Shown: one piece after another, positions 1 to 13,322 of the stretch
Layout of the letters: the number at the start of each line of letters is the position of its first letter
How positions within the stretch are numbered: position 1 is the first letter of the stretch
DNA from: Podarcis melisellensis
Lineage: Eukaryota
NCBI GenBank assembly: GCA_964234715.1
Contig: OZ174278.1
Reading direction: 5' to 3' (one strand)
Length of the DNA: 64,000 bases
Position numbers and translations under genes: made by a program
Notes under the pieces: model-generated
The model's database searches: none
What the model saw: only the letters and a program-made list of their open reading frames with translations
What the model was told of the DNA's origin: nothing

Positions 1-2382
1 CTTCCTGCCTAATCTAATTTATTAAACCCATCAGGACCTTCCACCAAGCAATCATGGCATAAAAGTATTCCGTGCATGACATCCCATGTCTTAAATTAAA
101 AGAGGAGTTGAGCAGCTCCAACAGAGTCCTGGGTGGTTGTTTTGTTTGATCACCATTTCTCTGTTTGCTACATACGTTAATAAATGTACTTTTACCATAA
201 TCTCTGTCCTCGGTCTTAGGAACCTTTTCCTACAACTCTTCAGCCAGAAGAAAACTACCAAATAGCTTTGGCCATAATAACATAACTTGCACCATAACCT
301 TTCTTGTTGGAACCCAAATCTTTGAATGTCTAGGACTACATGACACATGTTCAATGGATGTCAAGCTGATCTTTGACTGTAGGCTTAGAACCCAATTTTA
401 CAACCCTGTTGGATTTGCCGTTGTTTATGCTGATGGCAAGCTACTACCATGAGTTGGAGTGTCATTACATGATTAGGGTCTCATGCAGGCAGTACTCTGA
501 ACACATTGATCGTTTTCAAACTCACCACATGCATCTTGCCCTGACCAATAGTGGGCAGTGGGCACAGAGATTCTACATGTAACAACACCCCTCGTACAAT
601 TATTTGTGCTTATTGTAAAGGTAGGTTGTTGTTTTTTTAGGAAAGGTGAGGTCTACCTGTAATTTAAATTTAAAATAAAAGAGCACAAGGCAGCAACTTT
701 GGTTCTAAAACACACACAGGTTGCACACACACCTTACATTTAAAGCACATGACTTATGCCAAAGAATCTGTTAAGCGTGTTGGGAGTTGTAGTTCTGTGA
801 AGGAGAAACTGAAGTTTTCACAGTACAATTCTGTCCAAAACTACAACATGAGGTTTGCAAAGCACCAGTCTGTCTGATATTTAGGGACAGCCTTCCTAAC
901 TACGCCAACAACTATAAAACACCTCTTCTTTGATGAAAGTGAAGAAAAAGAGCGTTTCCTTAGCTTTAATTTTGTTGGCTATTTTTTGTGTGATGCACCT
1001 CACTTTATAACATGGTGGAAGCTATAATGAGTCCTTAGCTGTCTGGCTGATTTTAAAAGGTTTATCAAACTTCAATCCAGCAGTTAGAGATTTAAGGCAT
1101 ACTTCTATCACATTCTATAATATCCAAATTGAGGGAGCTTCTTTGAGCTGGAAGCAGGGAAAGGCACTTTAGGATTCCACCCTCTCATCTGATCCTAGCA
1201 AAAGGAGTGATAATATTTTTTATTATTATTATTTCAAGTGTGAAACCATCAAAAGGCTAATATACACATGCATGCTCAACTCATCACTTAATGACTGCAT
1301 ACTGTATGTGAACCAGCTACTTGAAAAAGCATGTGAGAAAGTCCTGGTGCTGTGAAAAAGGGAGGAAAAGGTGTGGATAACCTAATCAAGAAGAGAATTT
1401 TCAAACATGCATGAAGTAACCACATCCACCCTCGTGAATCTAGATTCAATCTAGATTGAAAGCAACACATTGAAGACGAGCATAAGCCTTACATTTTTGG
1501 TGCTACGTGTGCGTGCGTGTACACAGCCTCAGACAAAATGTCCTCTTTAGTTTCATTCTTTGTGTTTGTAATCCTGGAGTGTGGGAAAATGATCACTGGA
1601 GGAAGAGAACTGATTCCTAGATGTTCAGATAAGGAAAGGGCTCCTTTGACAAGAAAGAAAGAAAGAGAAAGAAAGAAAGATAATTTGCTTTATACTTCAT
1701 CTTAACCTGGTTGGCACAGCAGACCAAATAAAAATGCATACCTGTAATATTTTTCCTAACTAGAATTCACTCAGTTATCTATTTTATTTTACTTAACTTC
1801 TTATTGTTTTATTTTATTTTAAAAAGCCTCCCTCCCTGAAAATCAGTGCCACGTAATGACAGAATTCTTGAAGTTCAGAGGAGTGTAAAGGTCAGGTGAG
1901 AAATTAGGTTAGCTGTTTCACTAGTTAGACAAAGCCCACATCAAAGAGGCACCTAAAGTAGAATTAATTTACATCTCTCTACAGCGGCAGAAATGAAGAG
2001 AGGGGCTGAGAACATGGGGAGGGGGGCGGGCCCCAGAGAGAAGGAGAAAAAGGAAATGCTGCCCTCATGGGGTGGAGGAACATCAGACACCTGTCAGAGA
2101 ACAGATGTTAGCAGCTGAAGAAGTGATTACGTGTGTGAGAGAGAAAGTGCAACCTGGTGCTTTTCTTCTCAGTATGAACTCAGTGATTGTGCTAGCAGTG
2201 CCGTTTCCTCAAGGAGAAGGAAGAGTCGCTGAAGGGTTCCTGAGCAGGTTGTGCTGGAGGGTTGAGCTACCACATGATGACGAGCTTCCATAAAACCCAC
2301 CTAATTGGAAGTACTGGTTTCCAGGGAACATTTCCATGTCCCTAAATGTCCTCTCTTTCACACAGGAAATGTTCTCTACATG

Positions 2383-2529
2383 CAGTGGCGTAGCGTGGGG
2401 GGTGCAGGGGGGACCGGCCGCACCGGGTGCAACATCTGGGAGTTAGGGTTAGGGGGCGCAAATCCACGGGTTAGGGGGCGCAAATTACTTGCCTTGCCCC
2501 GGGTGCTGACAACCCACGCTACGCCACTG
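2383..2529. mobile_element. hAT-type MITE (TTAGGG-containing family), copy 1
   Basis: 17-bp TIR CAGTGGCGTAGCGTGGG...CCCACGCTACGCCACTG; 8-bp TSD TCTACATG (2375-2382, 2530-2537). Confidence 0.93.
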
Positions 2530-2667
2530 TCTACATGACACACAAATCACAGTAAGTGACTGAGTTTTGCGAGATTCTGGGAAACAAACCAACAAATGAT
2601 TTCCAGGAAGAGCAGCCTTATATACAAAATTTTAATTTATTTATGTTGACAATTTATATACCATTGT

Positions 2668-3040
2668 CTCTTTTTTTTAAAAATAGATATTTATTAAGGT
2701 TTTAAAAATTATATTAAAAACAAAACATAACAACAATACAAACAAACACAAACAAAAAGCAAGTATAATTTCATTCCCTTATTTTCTTATACCTTACTTT
2801 CCCGACTTCCCCATACCTCCCCTCTCTGTATTCCAATTTTTATTTTATTAATTCAGCAAATCCTTTCCTTTAATTTCATTTAGTTTTTAACCCTTCTTTT
2901 CTTACTCCTTATCCAATCCGGCTGGAAACCACACAGTTTCTAAACCAACGTCATTCTAACATTCATTAACTTTGCAATATTTCTTGAGATAGTCCTTAAA
3001 TTTCTTCCAATCTTCTTCCACTGTCTCTCTCCCCTGGTCT
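2668..3040 (-). mobile_element. L1-clade LINE 3' fragment
   Basis: The minus strand reads DQGRETVEEDWKKFKDYLKKY, similar to the L1 ORF2 end at 3725-4013, followed by an AT-rich 3' UTR and an A-tail (T-run near 2671). Confidence 0.75.
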
Positions 3041-3574
3041 AGCGGTAAGCATAACAAACACGATGCTCATAAAATCTGTTTGAAACTAACTATAAAATCA
3101 GAAATGACCCACCCACAATTGTGTTCTCGCATCCTGGTCTCACTGCTGCAGTTGGAAGAACATGGCTTGATAAGGACATAAGAAGGCACATTATATGACT
3201 GAGTGAGGATGGTAAGGTTGCTTTTATTAATATTCTAATATGCACCTTTCCTTCCTGGATATCTGCTGAGAGACTTCCTGTGTTCCAGCTTGCTCCCCAT
3301 CTATTTCTAGCATCTCGCCGTACACCCGTTGCATGTGAACAGAGTCCTTCTGAGTATATTGCTTTTGAAATGTTGATTTATATGCTCCTAAACAATCTTT
3401 ATTGCACGGCTGCCTTTCATGCAATTTACTTTGTTCGTTGTTTTTTTTTTTAAAAAAACACATTCCCACTACCCCCCCCTTTCCTGGTTTTATTATGTCA
3501 CATTCCCAAGAGGCCATAACCAGCAGGTGTGTCATAATATACATAGCAGATAGGCTCATCTATCTTCCTCCTCC

Positions 3575-3667
3575 AAGGCTACAATCCTGTGCACGCTTTC
3601 CAGGGAGCAAGTCCCATTTAGCATAGCGGCGTTTACTCCTGAGTAAGCCATGCTTAGGACTGCACTG
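3575..3667. mobile_element. Representative copy of an ~90-bp palindromic MITE family (GGCTGCAATCCT...GAGTAAGTCCC...CTTACT...AGGATTGCAGCC)
   Basis: Self-complementary, often flanked by TWA. At least 15 degraded copies occur, for example near 23.95, 24.05, 29.5, 30.8, 30.9, 34.95, 35.4, 46.55, 46.65, 46.75, 51.2, 51.4, 53.2, 60.9, 61.6 and 62.0 kb. Confidence 0.65.
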
Positions 3668-3724
3668 TAAATCTTCCTGCCTTCTTTCACACCTAGGGTT
3701 ATATACACCAGAACATCTATGCAT

Positions 3725-4324
3725 GACATTTATTAAGAAACCAGAAGCCTTTCTACTTGGAATAACAGGTGTAGAATTGCCCAAGAAAGATGTTAGATTG
3801 TTTTTGTATGCCACAATTGCAGCTAGAATTTTGCTGGCCAAAAAATGGAAATTACAAGAAGTACCAACAGTGGAGGAATGGCAGATGAAGATGATGGACT
3901 TTTTGGAGCTAGCCGACCTGACCGGAAGAGTCGGCGACCAGAAGGAGGAGAAGTATCAAGAGGAATGGAAGAAGTTTAAAGACTACTTAGTTAAATATGT
4001 TAAGATAACTTAAATAGAATTACTTGCAAGTAACAGATTGGCTTAGGATTTAAATATGTGTTGTTGTAGAATACTATGGATAAAAGTCAAAATGAAAAGA
4101 AAGAAAGATGTTAATTGACCAAGTAAATTTTATGTGAAAATAGTTTTGGAAAACTGCTAAAATGATTTATATGGAAACTCAGCCAGGGGGACTTGAGGAA
4201 GTCACCCAACAATGATAACAAAAGTGGGATTATTACAGTTAGAATAAATGTTTGTTTGTTGATGTTTTTTCTTTTATGTTTGTTGATATGTTTGTCATAA
4301 ACTTGGAAAATTAATTTTTTTTAA
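3725..4324 (+). mobile_element. 5'-truncated L1-clade LINE (ORF2 C-terminus plus 3' UTR)
   Basis: ORF 3723-4013 (PEAFLLG...AARILLAKKWK...PTVEEW...WKKFKDYL) is typical of a non-mammalian L1 ORF2 end; 15-bp TSD AGAACATCTATGCAT (3710-3724, 4325-4339). Confidence 0.88.
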
Positions 4325-4479
4325 AGAACATCTATGCATTAACTATGGTGATCTGGTGAACAAGACAACTGGGCTCATGCAACTTTAACAGTTGTGCAGA
4401 AGAGGGACTTTCATCAGTGGGTAGCTCATCACACAGACAGAAAAACCATACTTCCTTACCTCTTTCTTACTTGGGCCAA

Positions 4480-5133
4480 TGGGGAAGTCTTTAGCATATG
4501 TGCCGCTGGGCTGCAAAGATCCGCCCAGCGCCTCCAAATTTAGTTTAGACCCCAAATTAACTTTTATTATGCTTATGTCAGACACCATGCTTACGCCTTA
4601 TTTCTTGTTTACGAAAGAAGGGAGGAAAAAGAAACAAACTTTTTTATTGCTCATTTATTTATAATACACTTATACTCGTTGAGTCTGACAAGCACTGCTG
4701 TTGTGAACAGTGGCGTAGCGTGGGGGGTGCAGGGGGGGCCGGCCGCACCGGGCGCAACATCTGGGGGTTAGGGTTAGGGGGCGCAAATCCACGGGTTAGG
4801 GGGCACAAATTACTTGCCTTGCCCCGGGTGCTGACAACCCACGCTACGCCACTGGTTGTGAATGACAAGCGCCACTGCTGGTGCGGCGCGTCTTTGGTAA
4901 ATGAGCGCACAAAGTCGAAAGTCCTTTAGTGAAAGAATAGGTATACATTTTAGTAATACCTAGGTATATATGTATTTAGTTTTTCTAGCTTGATCAAAAT
5001 TATTTATTATTTCATAACAGGTAGATAGTTGAGAGCTTAGGTGGCTTCAGCGGCGGGCGCCTGGCACCCCCCTCCCAGAATTCGGTGCCCAGATGCCCTG
5101 CACCCCTTGCACTCCTGGGTAAAGACGGCCCTG
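4480..5133. mobile_element. Older non-autonomous hAT-like element hosting MITE copy 2
   Basis: Right end TAAAGACGGCCCTG versus degenerate left end TGGGGAAGTCTTTA; flanks TGGGCCAA / TGAGCCAA form an 8-bp TSD with one mismatch. Confidence 0.65.
4708..4854. mobile_element. hAT-type MITE (TTAGGG family), copy 2
   Basis: Same TIRs; TSD GTTGTGAA (4700-4707, 4855-4862). Confidence 0.93.
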
Positions 5134-7158
5134 TGAGCCAATATAGAAATTAATCAGGTTCCTAATGGGGTGCTGAACTGCACACCATAATTTATGTTGT
5201 ACTCATCAAGAGCCTCCCTTGGTCACAACCACAGCATACACCTAAAGTTCTCCAGAAGAAACCTGGGAACTGTGGTTTGTTACTGCGGCTGGGGATTATA
5301 GCTCTGTAAGGAGTATAGCACTGTTCCTAGGATTCTTTGCAGGGAGCCATGTGCTTCTTAATGTGTGTTGAATGTAAGGCTCTCCCTTGGGTGCCTCTGC
5401 TGCCTGAAATGCGGGTGCACAATGACTGAGGAGTGAGCCTTCATGGTGTGTGACCCACTGTTACACGATCCTCTCCCCAGAGTACTTCACCTGGCACCTT
5501 CTGAGATGTTCTTTCAATGCCAGGCAATACCTTTTCCAGATTTTTAATCCATAGTGAAAATTGCTTTACCACTCTACTTCTACTTACATAAGTTTTCTAC
5601 ACTATTTTTTGTGTTATGGGTCTTTCTTAACACTGTTTCGCATTGAAGGGTGGGATGTACATTTATAAAATGCAATAACTGGTGAATGATGATAATGTGG
5701 AGATTGATTTGCTAGTCTGACTTTGTGGTGAAGCAAAGCATTAACTGCCCTTGCTGCAAACAACATGACAATGCAGCTGGCTTTGAGACACACATCTCAA
5801 CACACACACAAAGATAATTTGAGTCAGTCCTCAAGCGGGTTGCCAGGTCTAGCAGGCGGCAATCAATTCTTCACCATTAAAAGCAATTAGTTGTAACAAG
5901 CATCTGTGGTATTATGAAAATAATCTATTAGTCCACCCCAAAAGCTCAAGATGGGGAAGAAGATGTTGGAATCAAGCTGTATTGAAAATAAACCTTAACC
6001 TTATGGTAACGTCTCTGGCCACCAAAAGCTAACTTTTTATTTCTGAATAAACAGAGAAAATGTTCACATTTAGGCTTTGGCAAATCTAGAGGCGAAGAAT
6101 ATTTTACAGATGCTGAGTAACCAAGGAGATTGATTCTTAGTGCAAAGAGGTGTCTCTGAGGATGTTAGAGATTATGAGGGAACTTGAGAAGGTGGAAGAA
6201 TTTTCTCAGGTATGCTGGGTCAAGACCATTTTCATTGGTTATCATAACCAGCTGAACTGGTTATGAGTCCAGAAACCCCAGAACATTTTCTTTAAAAAAA
6301 AAACACCCTACAACTACAAACCCTACAACACCGAATATTTATATGTCAACAAATCCATAACTGAGAGAAAATAGATTTTTATTATTTTACCCAAGGAATG
6401 GCGTGTGCTTCCATGTATTCAGCTCTTCATCAGCAATGGTAAGGATTTCACTACTGATCTGAACAGGGGAATTATGGAGCCTTTGATATGTTGCCAAGCC
6501 ATGATGGTTTTCGTGCTAGAGCTTGAACTACACACTGAGCTACAACACAGGACCCAGCCTTTCTATGTGTAATAATTACTGTTTTGTAGTGACCATTTCA
6601 GAACGTTGGTGGGGAATCGGTAGATACAAACTCCCTGCAGAGAGAAAATTAGCAAGCCAGGAAAATGTTCACTCAGGACCCTTCCTCCTAGTGAGATGGA
6701 GGTCGTGATGTGAGGTAGCATTCAAACATGTGCTCTCCAACTTGAATTCTGCACTGGTACAGTCCACCTAGAAGGATTGTATCATTTGATATTTTTAAAT
6801 CACTACATTAAGACTTACTGCTAAACCACTGTTTAACGCTATGGGAATGAGCCTCAGGATTGTGTTTCCCCCTCTTCTCTTCTGGTGCCTGCTTCATTAC
6901 AGGTTGAGTAGATTGAAGCTGATTTACAGCCTCACTATTTTGCCCAGAGGACCTCAGCTGGAGCTGTTGCCTGGCAATTCGTAGATATCAGCAAGAGAAG
7001 ACTTGCCTCCATCATGGGTTGAATGAGATCCAGCTGCTTAGTCCTCCTCCTTTACCTCAGAGAACACCACCAAAGAAGACCAAGCTTAAAGACAGGAAAT
7101 GCCACCTTAGTTAATCCTGTCACTGTAGCGGCACTTCTTTGATATAATTTCTTCTGTG

Positions 7159-7159
<1 letters not shown>

Positions 7160-7194
<35 letters not shown>
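7160..7194. repeat. (ATT)n microsatellite
   Basis: Directly visible. Confidence 0.95.
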
Positions 7195-7195
<1 letters not shown>

Positions 7196-8152
7196 GTAAG
7201 CTGCTTTGAGAGCTTCTCGGGGTTATAAAAGCATTCTAAATAAATAATTTTTCACTATGTTTGGTGTTAACTAAGGTTTACAGAAATATGACAGGAAACC
7301 ATGGTTTGAACTTGACTTGTTTCCATAAACCACAGTTAATAAGACCAACCTCGGTTTGTCTGGGTTTGGACATAAAAAACCAACTGCAGCTAGTGGAAAA
7401 CAGGAGCAAAAGCTTCCAACCACCTCCTTGTGGCCACATTAGAGGGGCCATGCCAGAGAAGGAAAGAATATGTGAGCTGTGAGGCTTGTGTACATACTAC
7501 CAAACCATGGTTTAATGCTGCACTGTGGTTTTGGGTTGAGTATCTGTAATTTATGATGAATGATTAAGATCCAGATTTTTCCCTCCCCATTTGCAATTAG
7601 AGAGTAAAGCCTTTTTCATGGTATAGTGAGGGTGGGCGAGTGGAAACAAAACGAGCTGTTCTGCATGTTTTCTCTTCTACTTTTGGAAGCAAGGGAGACA
7701 AGGGGGTGGTTAAAGAGAAAAAAACACACACCATCAGCCTGTCTTTAACCTCTTGTAACCCTGCCATTCTTTCCACTAAAGCATCTGATATTGAGGAAGA
7801 TTGCTTTCATGCATCTATAAGTAATATCATATGCTTCACATCAGTCTATGCTCTAGCTAACTGAAATCCCACTGTGGTGTGGCCTGGGAGGCCCAATTTA
7901 AATGTGACTCGGGTGAGGAAAGAATAATTTAACCATGTGGTTGTTGTATGTGTATTGCCTTCTACTCTTTATGTATGAACTCACTACCAGGCGAGTTAAT
8001 GGCAAATCAAACTTTATTATTAATAAGGCCCAGAAGCCTGCACAAAGCAAAAACTATTTCCTCAACTCAGGCCACACCTTTGAAGACTCGCCTACGTTTC
8101 TGCTTGCCCTGTTCCTATAAAGCAGGGATCTGAGCAGTTCCATGCACAGGTC

Positions 8153-8298
8153 CAGTGGCGTAGCGTGGGGGGTGCAGGGGGGGCCCGGCCGCACCAGGCG
8201 CAACATCTGGGGGTTAGGGTTAGGGGGCGCAAATCCACGGGTTAGGGGGTGGATTGCTTGCCTTGCCCCGGGTGCTGACAACCCACGCTATGCCACTG
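8153..8298. mobile_element. hAT-type MITE (TTAGGG family), copy 3
   Basis: Same TIRs with one mismatch; TSD CACAGGTC (8145-8152, 8299-8306). Confidence 0.93.
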
Positions 8299-8699
8299 CA
8301 CAGGTCCAAGCTGTTTTCCAGAAGCCTGGAAGAGCCCTCAGTCAGCTCCCAAGGACCTGGCCTCCTGGGACCGTGTGTCAGCTGATAATGCGTACATTGC
8401 AACATTTCATTTAAACTCAGCCTTCAACTGCTGAGCATGCCATTTTAGCATGCTCTCTCACTGGCTACTTAGGCTACCTGGCGTGCTAATAGCTCACAGG
8501 CAGGAGAAGCAACCTGGTTAAAATGAGGTGTTGGGTGCATGTAGCACAGCCTAAGTACTTCTTGTTTGTTAATGTGATGTTTGTATTAGTCTTCAAGTAA
8601 AGACTCCATGCATGCTAATAATAGTCCACCCAAATCTACTTGCCTTTCAACTTTTCGAACAATATTTTGGAACAGATAAACAACTACCTGATTTTTAGA

Positions 8700-8840
8700 A
8701 AGCATCAGAAGGCAGCCCTATATAATGAAGTTTTTAAATATTTGATGTTTTGCCATGTTTGATGTTTTAATTTGTTGGAAGCTGCCCAGAGTGGCTAGGG
8801 CAACCCAGTCAGATGCGCGGCATATAAATAAATGATGATG
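8700..8840 (+). mobile_element. L2-type LINE 3' tail
   Basis: GAAGGCAGCCCT...GGAAGCTGCCCAGAGTGGCT...ATAAATAAAT; similar to 43075-43230 (+) and 42715-42790 (-). Confidence 0.65.
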
Positions 8841-9688
8841 GTTTTTTGAAAAGGAGTTTTATTGGTTGCCTTGGTTGGAAGCACAGGATTGGACATCATA
8901 CAGTTTGTGAGCGTGTGTGTGTGCATGCACATTCCCACAGAGAGAGTTTGCTAAGGTATGTCAGAAATGTAACACTGGCAGAGGCAAGCGCAAAAACAAT
9001 GTTTACCTCGCTGCTGCAACAACTCATCATCAATCTTTTGCCGGAGACAAGTTCGATCTCAGACCACAAAAGTGGGTTAAAAGGGATTTGGTCTTTATTT
9101 ATGAGCAATTTGCTTAACAACTTTTTTCCTTCATTTTAATCAATCGTTATTCAATAAGAAATGTGGAGTTTATTTGACAATTGATTTTGTCTCAATTGGG
9201 ATGTGATTTATTGAGAACATTAGGAACTCTGGGGGCTTCTCTGCTGTAATATTTGAATTTCCATATTCCTCTTCATCATATCTCAATTTCTCACACTTGA
9301 GGATTTGTTGTTGTTGTGGTTTTTTTTCAGTTAGACATTTATAGAGGTCAGTTTTGTCCAGCAGTAGCAGTCATTACACTGGATTTACATAGGTGCACTG
9401 AAAAACAAACACAATCCTGAGAGATTTTTCTTGTTTTGATGTTTGCAGTTTCCCATCTGGCTTGTTACTCTGAACACTGGTGCTTGTCACATTCTCTTCT
9501 CCACACAGCCCGGATCCACAGACCTGCATACTTATAAGATGACGGTGAATGGTATCCCCCCCCCCCCACACACAGCAAACCCTCATGCCATGTGGCAAAC
9601 TGCTTTTGAAAATGACAAGAGTTTGAGGGTGCAATCCAAACCTCACTGGAAAACTGGTGTGTATGTGTTTTTATATTGTAAACCTCTC

Positions 9689-10166
9689 TGTCAGGGACTG
9701 GACTGAGGAGGAATGGTGGGGGCCACCCTCCCTTCTCCTGGACCTTGCCGTGAACAAGAGGACAGTATAGATTTAGAACAGTGGTTTGCAGAAGGACATA
9801 GCTCAGAGGCTCCAGAGGGGAAAACCTGGGAAATATTGGATAAAGAATAGCAGGGAGAAGAAGCACTGGGGGAGAGACAGCTGACAGTGTCTTTGGAGAG
9901 CATTCCTGAGCCCCCCTCTCTCAGGACCAGGCAGGCATTGAGAGCGGTAAAACAGAAAGCTGAGATCAGCCGGCACAGGGATGATGTAGAATAAGGGAGA
10001 CGGAGGGTGTTGGGCTTTCCTTTGAGCAACGCCATTATTTAATACAGACAGTGTTCCTTTGTCTCTCTCTGTGAATACTGAATAAATTACGTGGTAAGAA
10101 CTCTTTTTGGTTATCTGCTTTTTGGCTGCTACTGGGGGAGGGATAGGATTCCCTGAAGCCTTGACA
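9689..10166 (+). mobile_element. Solo LTR (possibly Gypsy-like)
   Basis: TGTCAGG...CCTTGACA termini, 5-bp TSD CTCTC, AATAAA at 10081. Confidence 0.85.
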
Positions 10167-11409
10167 CTCTCTGAGGTCCTAGGATGGACAGTATATACAT
10201 TTAATAAATGAAATAATGAAGCTACTTGAGTGAGCCATAGGAAGAGTCATTGAGTGCTGCTCCTTCAGCAGAGAGAGAGGTGTATAACACTGGGATGACA
10301 TCTACACACACGCTCGACATGCACAGATTTTCCACCAGTGACATTCTGCTGGTGGACTGGGGGAACAAGGATGTGGCAGGGGCGGGTGTTTCCTCCAAAG
10401 CGCCTTCATTTCTCTGACACACTCACAGGAACGGCTCTGGGGTTGCCATAGTTAACCCCTCCCATTGTAGTCAATAGGAGGAACAAAGAAAAGCCACTTC
10501 CATCTTAACTATGGTTTCTCTGAAAGAAATCAACTTCAAGTCATGCCATGAAGTTGGTTTGTTTCAACAAACCAGAGTTTAGGGTTAGAGTGACACATTG
10601 CACTATGGGTATTCTCTGTTGCGGCACCCCATTTGACCTCCCTTTCCAGGGAAGTTTAGTTGTCCCTGCAACCGACAACTTTTAAAAGTCAAATGAATGT
10701 GCATTTCTTTATCCAGGCCTTTGGTACATAGCTGGAGTGAGGAATCCATCTGCTCAGGTTTCACTGTATCTGATGTGCGTTCAGCTTCATGGCCTTGAGT
10801 TTTGATACAGTTTGTACTTATTCTTTTATTATTATTGTATTTTGTGTCTGGTGTGGGCTGTGCTCCTGCAGGAGGAAGGATAGAATAGAAAACTAATGAA
10901 TAAACTAATAAACAACAATAATAAAACCAGAGGCAAAAGCTTACAAGCTCCCCCTTGTGGCTGCATCAAAGGACAGTGTAAACCTGAGGCTTGACTAGGC
11001 TTGTTCCATCACAATAAGCCAAGATTTGTTATTGTAATAAATTATATGTCTGAAAACAGCCATAATCTCGAACAAAATAAAAAGAGACTTGGGTTTTCCA
11101 AGTTGAATAGTGTATTAGGGTGTAATTCAATAAGCGGCAAGGAATTGGGTTGTGTACTCTAAAATGTTATGGAATGCAGAAATATTAAAGTCCAGTTGGA
11201 AGCAGCCTTGTGAATGAGTTACTTTCTTGAAAAATCTGGAAATCAAATCAACTGCACAATTATGAGAATAAGGGGTTTTATAGATCACAAGTGAGCTCTA
11301 TTCTCACACTGTTAACACCTGCATTTTTAACCTGAGGAAATAACAAATCCAAAATTATTTGGAAAATGTTTGGAAATTACATAATAATACAATAATTGAA
11401 AACATAATG

Positions 11410-11730
11410 CTATCCATCATCATCATCTATAACCACCTGTTCCCCTGAAGGAACACAAGGTAGTTTACAAATAAAAACAAGAATTGCTAAAAACATAGAA
11501 AAAGCAATCATTAAAACACAATTAAACCTTAATAGAATTAAAACTATATACGTATTTTTAAAAATATGTTTAAAACATATAGGTAATTGCAATAAAAACA
11601 GCATGGCACAGCCCTTTCATTAAGAGCAGTCAATTCCCTCAAAGCCTATGGGGCCTGCAGAAGGAGCCAGTCCCTCCTGCAAGGTGGGAACCAGTCTAAC
11701 TACTCTGGGGAGGGATTTCCAGAGTCAAAT
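11410..11730 (-). mobile_element. Degraded L2-type 3' fragment
   Basis: Minus-strand CTCTGGAAATCCCTCCCC followed by an AT-rich 3' UTR. Other degraded L2-like pieces lie near 5390-5670, 21940-22170 and 40500-40660. Confidence 0.5.
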
Positions 11731-11952
11731 ACTTTCATATGAGGAAGGGCTAACCAGGTTGCAAGAAGCTGCTCCCCACTCCCTTTTATCAACATTTCTA
11801 AATGAGACACATTTGTCACTTTAATTATGAAATATGGAGAAGGTCCAGATCAAATTTTGATATGCTAAACATATAGCCAGCTGTAAGAGGGGCTCTCAAA
11901 CTGTTATGTAATGAAATTATGGATATGGATGGTTTCCCCGGTGTCTCATCTA

Positions 11953-12321
11953 AAAGGTAAAGGTAAAGGTAATGACCCCTGGATGGTTAAGTCCAGTTCA
12001 TTTCACTTTCAGACTGAGGGAGCCGCTGTTTGTCCACAGACAGCTTTCTGGGTCATATGGCCAGCATGACGAAACCACTTCTGGCACAATGGAACACCGT
12101 GACAGAAACCAGAGTGCATGGAAATGCCATTTACCTTCCCGTCACAGCAGTACCTATTTATCTACTTGCACTGGCATGCTTTCGAACTGCTAGGTTGGCA
12201 GAAGCTGGGGCAGAGCAACGGGAGCTCACCTTGTCATGCAGATTCGAACCATTGACCTTCTGATCGGCAAGCCTAAGAAGCTCAGTGGTTTAGACCACAG
12301 TGCCACCCGCATCCACCTTTA
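11953..12321 (-). mobile_element. Sauria SINE (Squam1)
   Basis: (AAAGGT)n tail on the left, tRNA-like head on the right; 15-bp TSD CCGGTGTCTCATCTA (11938-11952, 12322-12336). Confidence 0.9.
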
Positions 12322-12476
12322 CCGGTGTCTCATCTATTCCAGCTTAAAATGGACATTACTCTGGAGAGATGGAAGTAGTGATGGCATAATAGACCTTAAA
12401 GGCCATCATGCACATATTTAAAGGAAAAGGTGTATAAGCTTATGCTTGTGTTTAACTCCACATAAATGACTGCATA

Positions 12477-12710
12477 AACATTTATTATATTTACATGCCA
12501 ACTTTTCTCCAAGGAGCTCCAAGTGGCATAGATGGTTCTCTCCTCCATCCCCTCCATTCTATTTTATCCTTACAACAGCCCTTTGAGGTAGGTTAGGCTG
12601 AGAGTGAGTGACAGGGCCAGGGTCACCCAGGGAGCTTCATGGCTGAGTGGGGATTTGAACCCTGGTCCCCCAGATCCAAGTCCAACACTGTAACCATTCC
12701 ACCGCACTGG
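12477..12710 (-). mobile_element. Squam3-type (tRNA head, L2 tail) SINE
   Basis: The minus strand has a CCAGTGCGGTGGAATGG head, a GGTTCAAATCCCC B-box, a CORE-like body and an AT-rich tail. Confidence 0.75.
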
Positions 12711-13245
12711 TGGAGGTGTTCTAAACTGTGAGGTGGACACCCTGTGTACACTTGAGCATCTCTACATTGGGACTTCATGGACTCCTGAATGCTAAGCTGG
12801 AAGTAGAGGAGGCAGAGCCGGCAGAGAACAGTTCAGCTTTGCTTGGGAGTTGTGAAATTCAGCACAAGGCAACTTCCCTCATGCTAAGACAGGTACCCCT
12901 GCCATTTGCTGTGCTTCCAAATGGAAGGATGGAAATTGCTGCATGCTGGGCTTGGTCTCTCCAAAAAAAGAAGAATAAATCGTCACGCAGAAGTGTCTTT
13001 AGTAAGTGCAATGTGAATGCCTGAAATTGCAATTTAATCCCCGTTAAGTCAAATAAGAAAAGAATAAGTGGTTTTTGAGAATGCAGTCATCCTGGTCTTG
13101 TCAAATTTATTGGATGCAGCCACCATTTCTCAAGGACTGATACCTTTGGGAAAACGAGAATAGTAGCTTAGTTACTTTCCTGTTAGGAGTGTGGAACAAC
13201 AAATGCCCTTCTTGCCTTGAACAGCTTTTGCAGCATCAAAGCAAA

Positions 13246-13322
13246 CTCCTCCTCCTCCTCCTCCTCCTCCTCCTCTTCTTCTTCTTCTTCTTCTTCGTCT
13301 TCGTCTTCGTCTTCGTCTTCTT
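13246..13322. repeat. Compound microsatellite (CTC)n(TTC)n(GTCTTC)n
   Basis: Directly visible. Confidence 0.95.

Noticed and set aside
2440-8250. True interstitial telomere or chromosome fusion site
   Set aside because: There are only two or three hexamers, always inside MITE copies.
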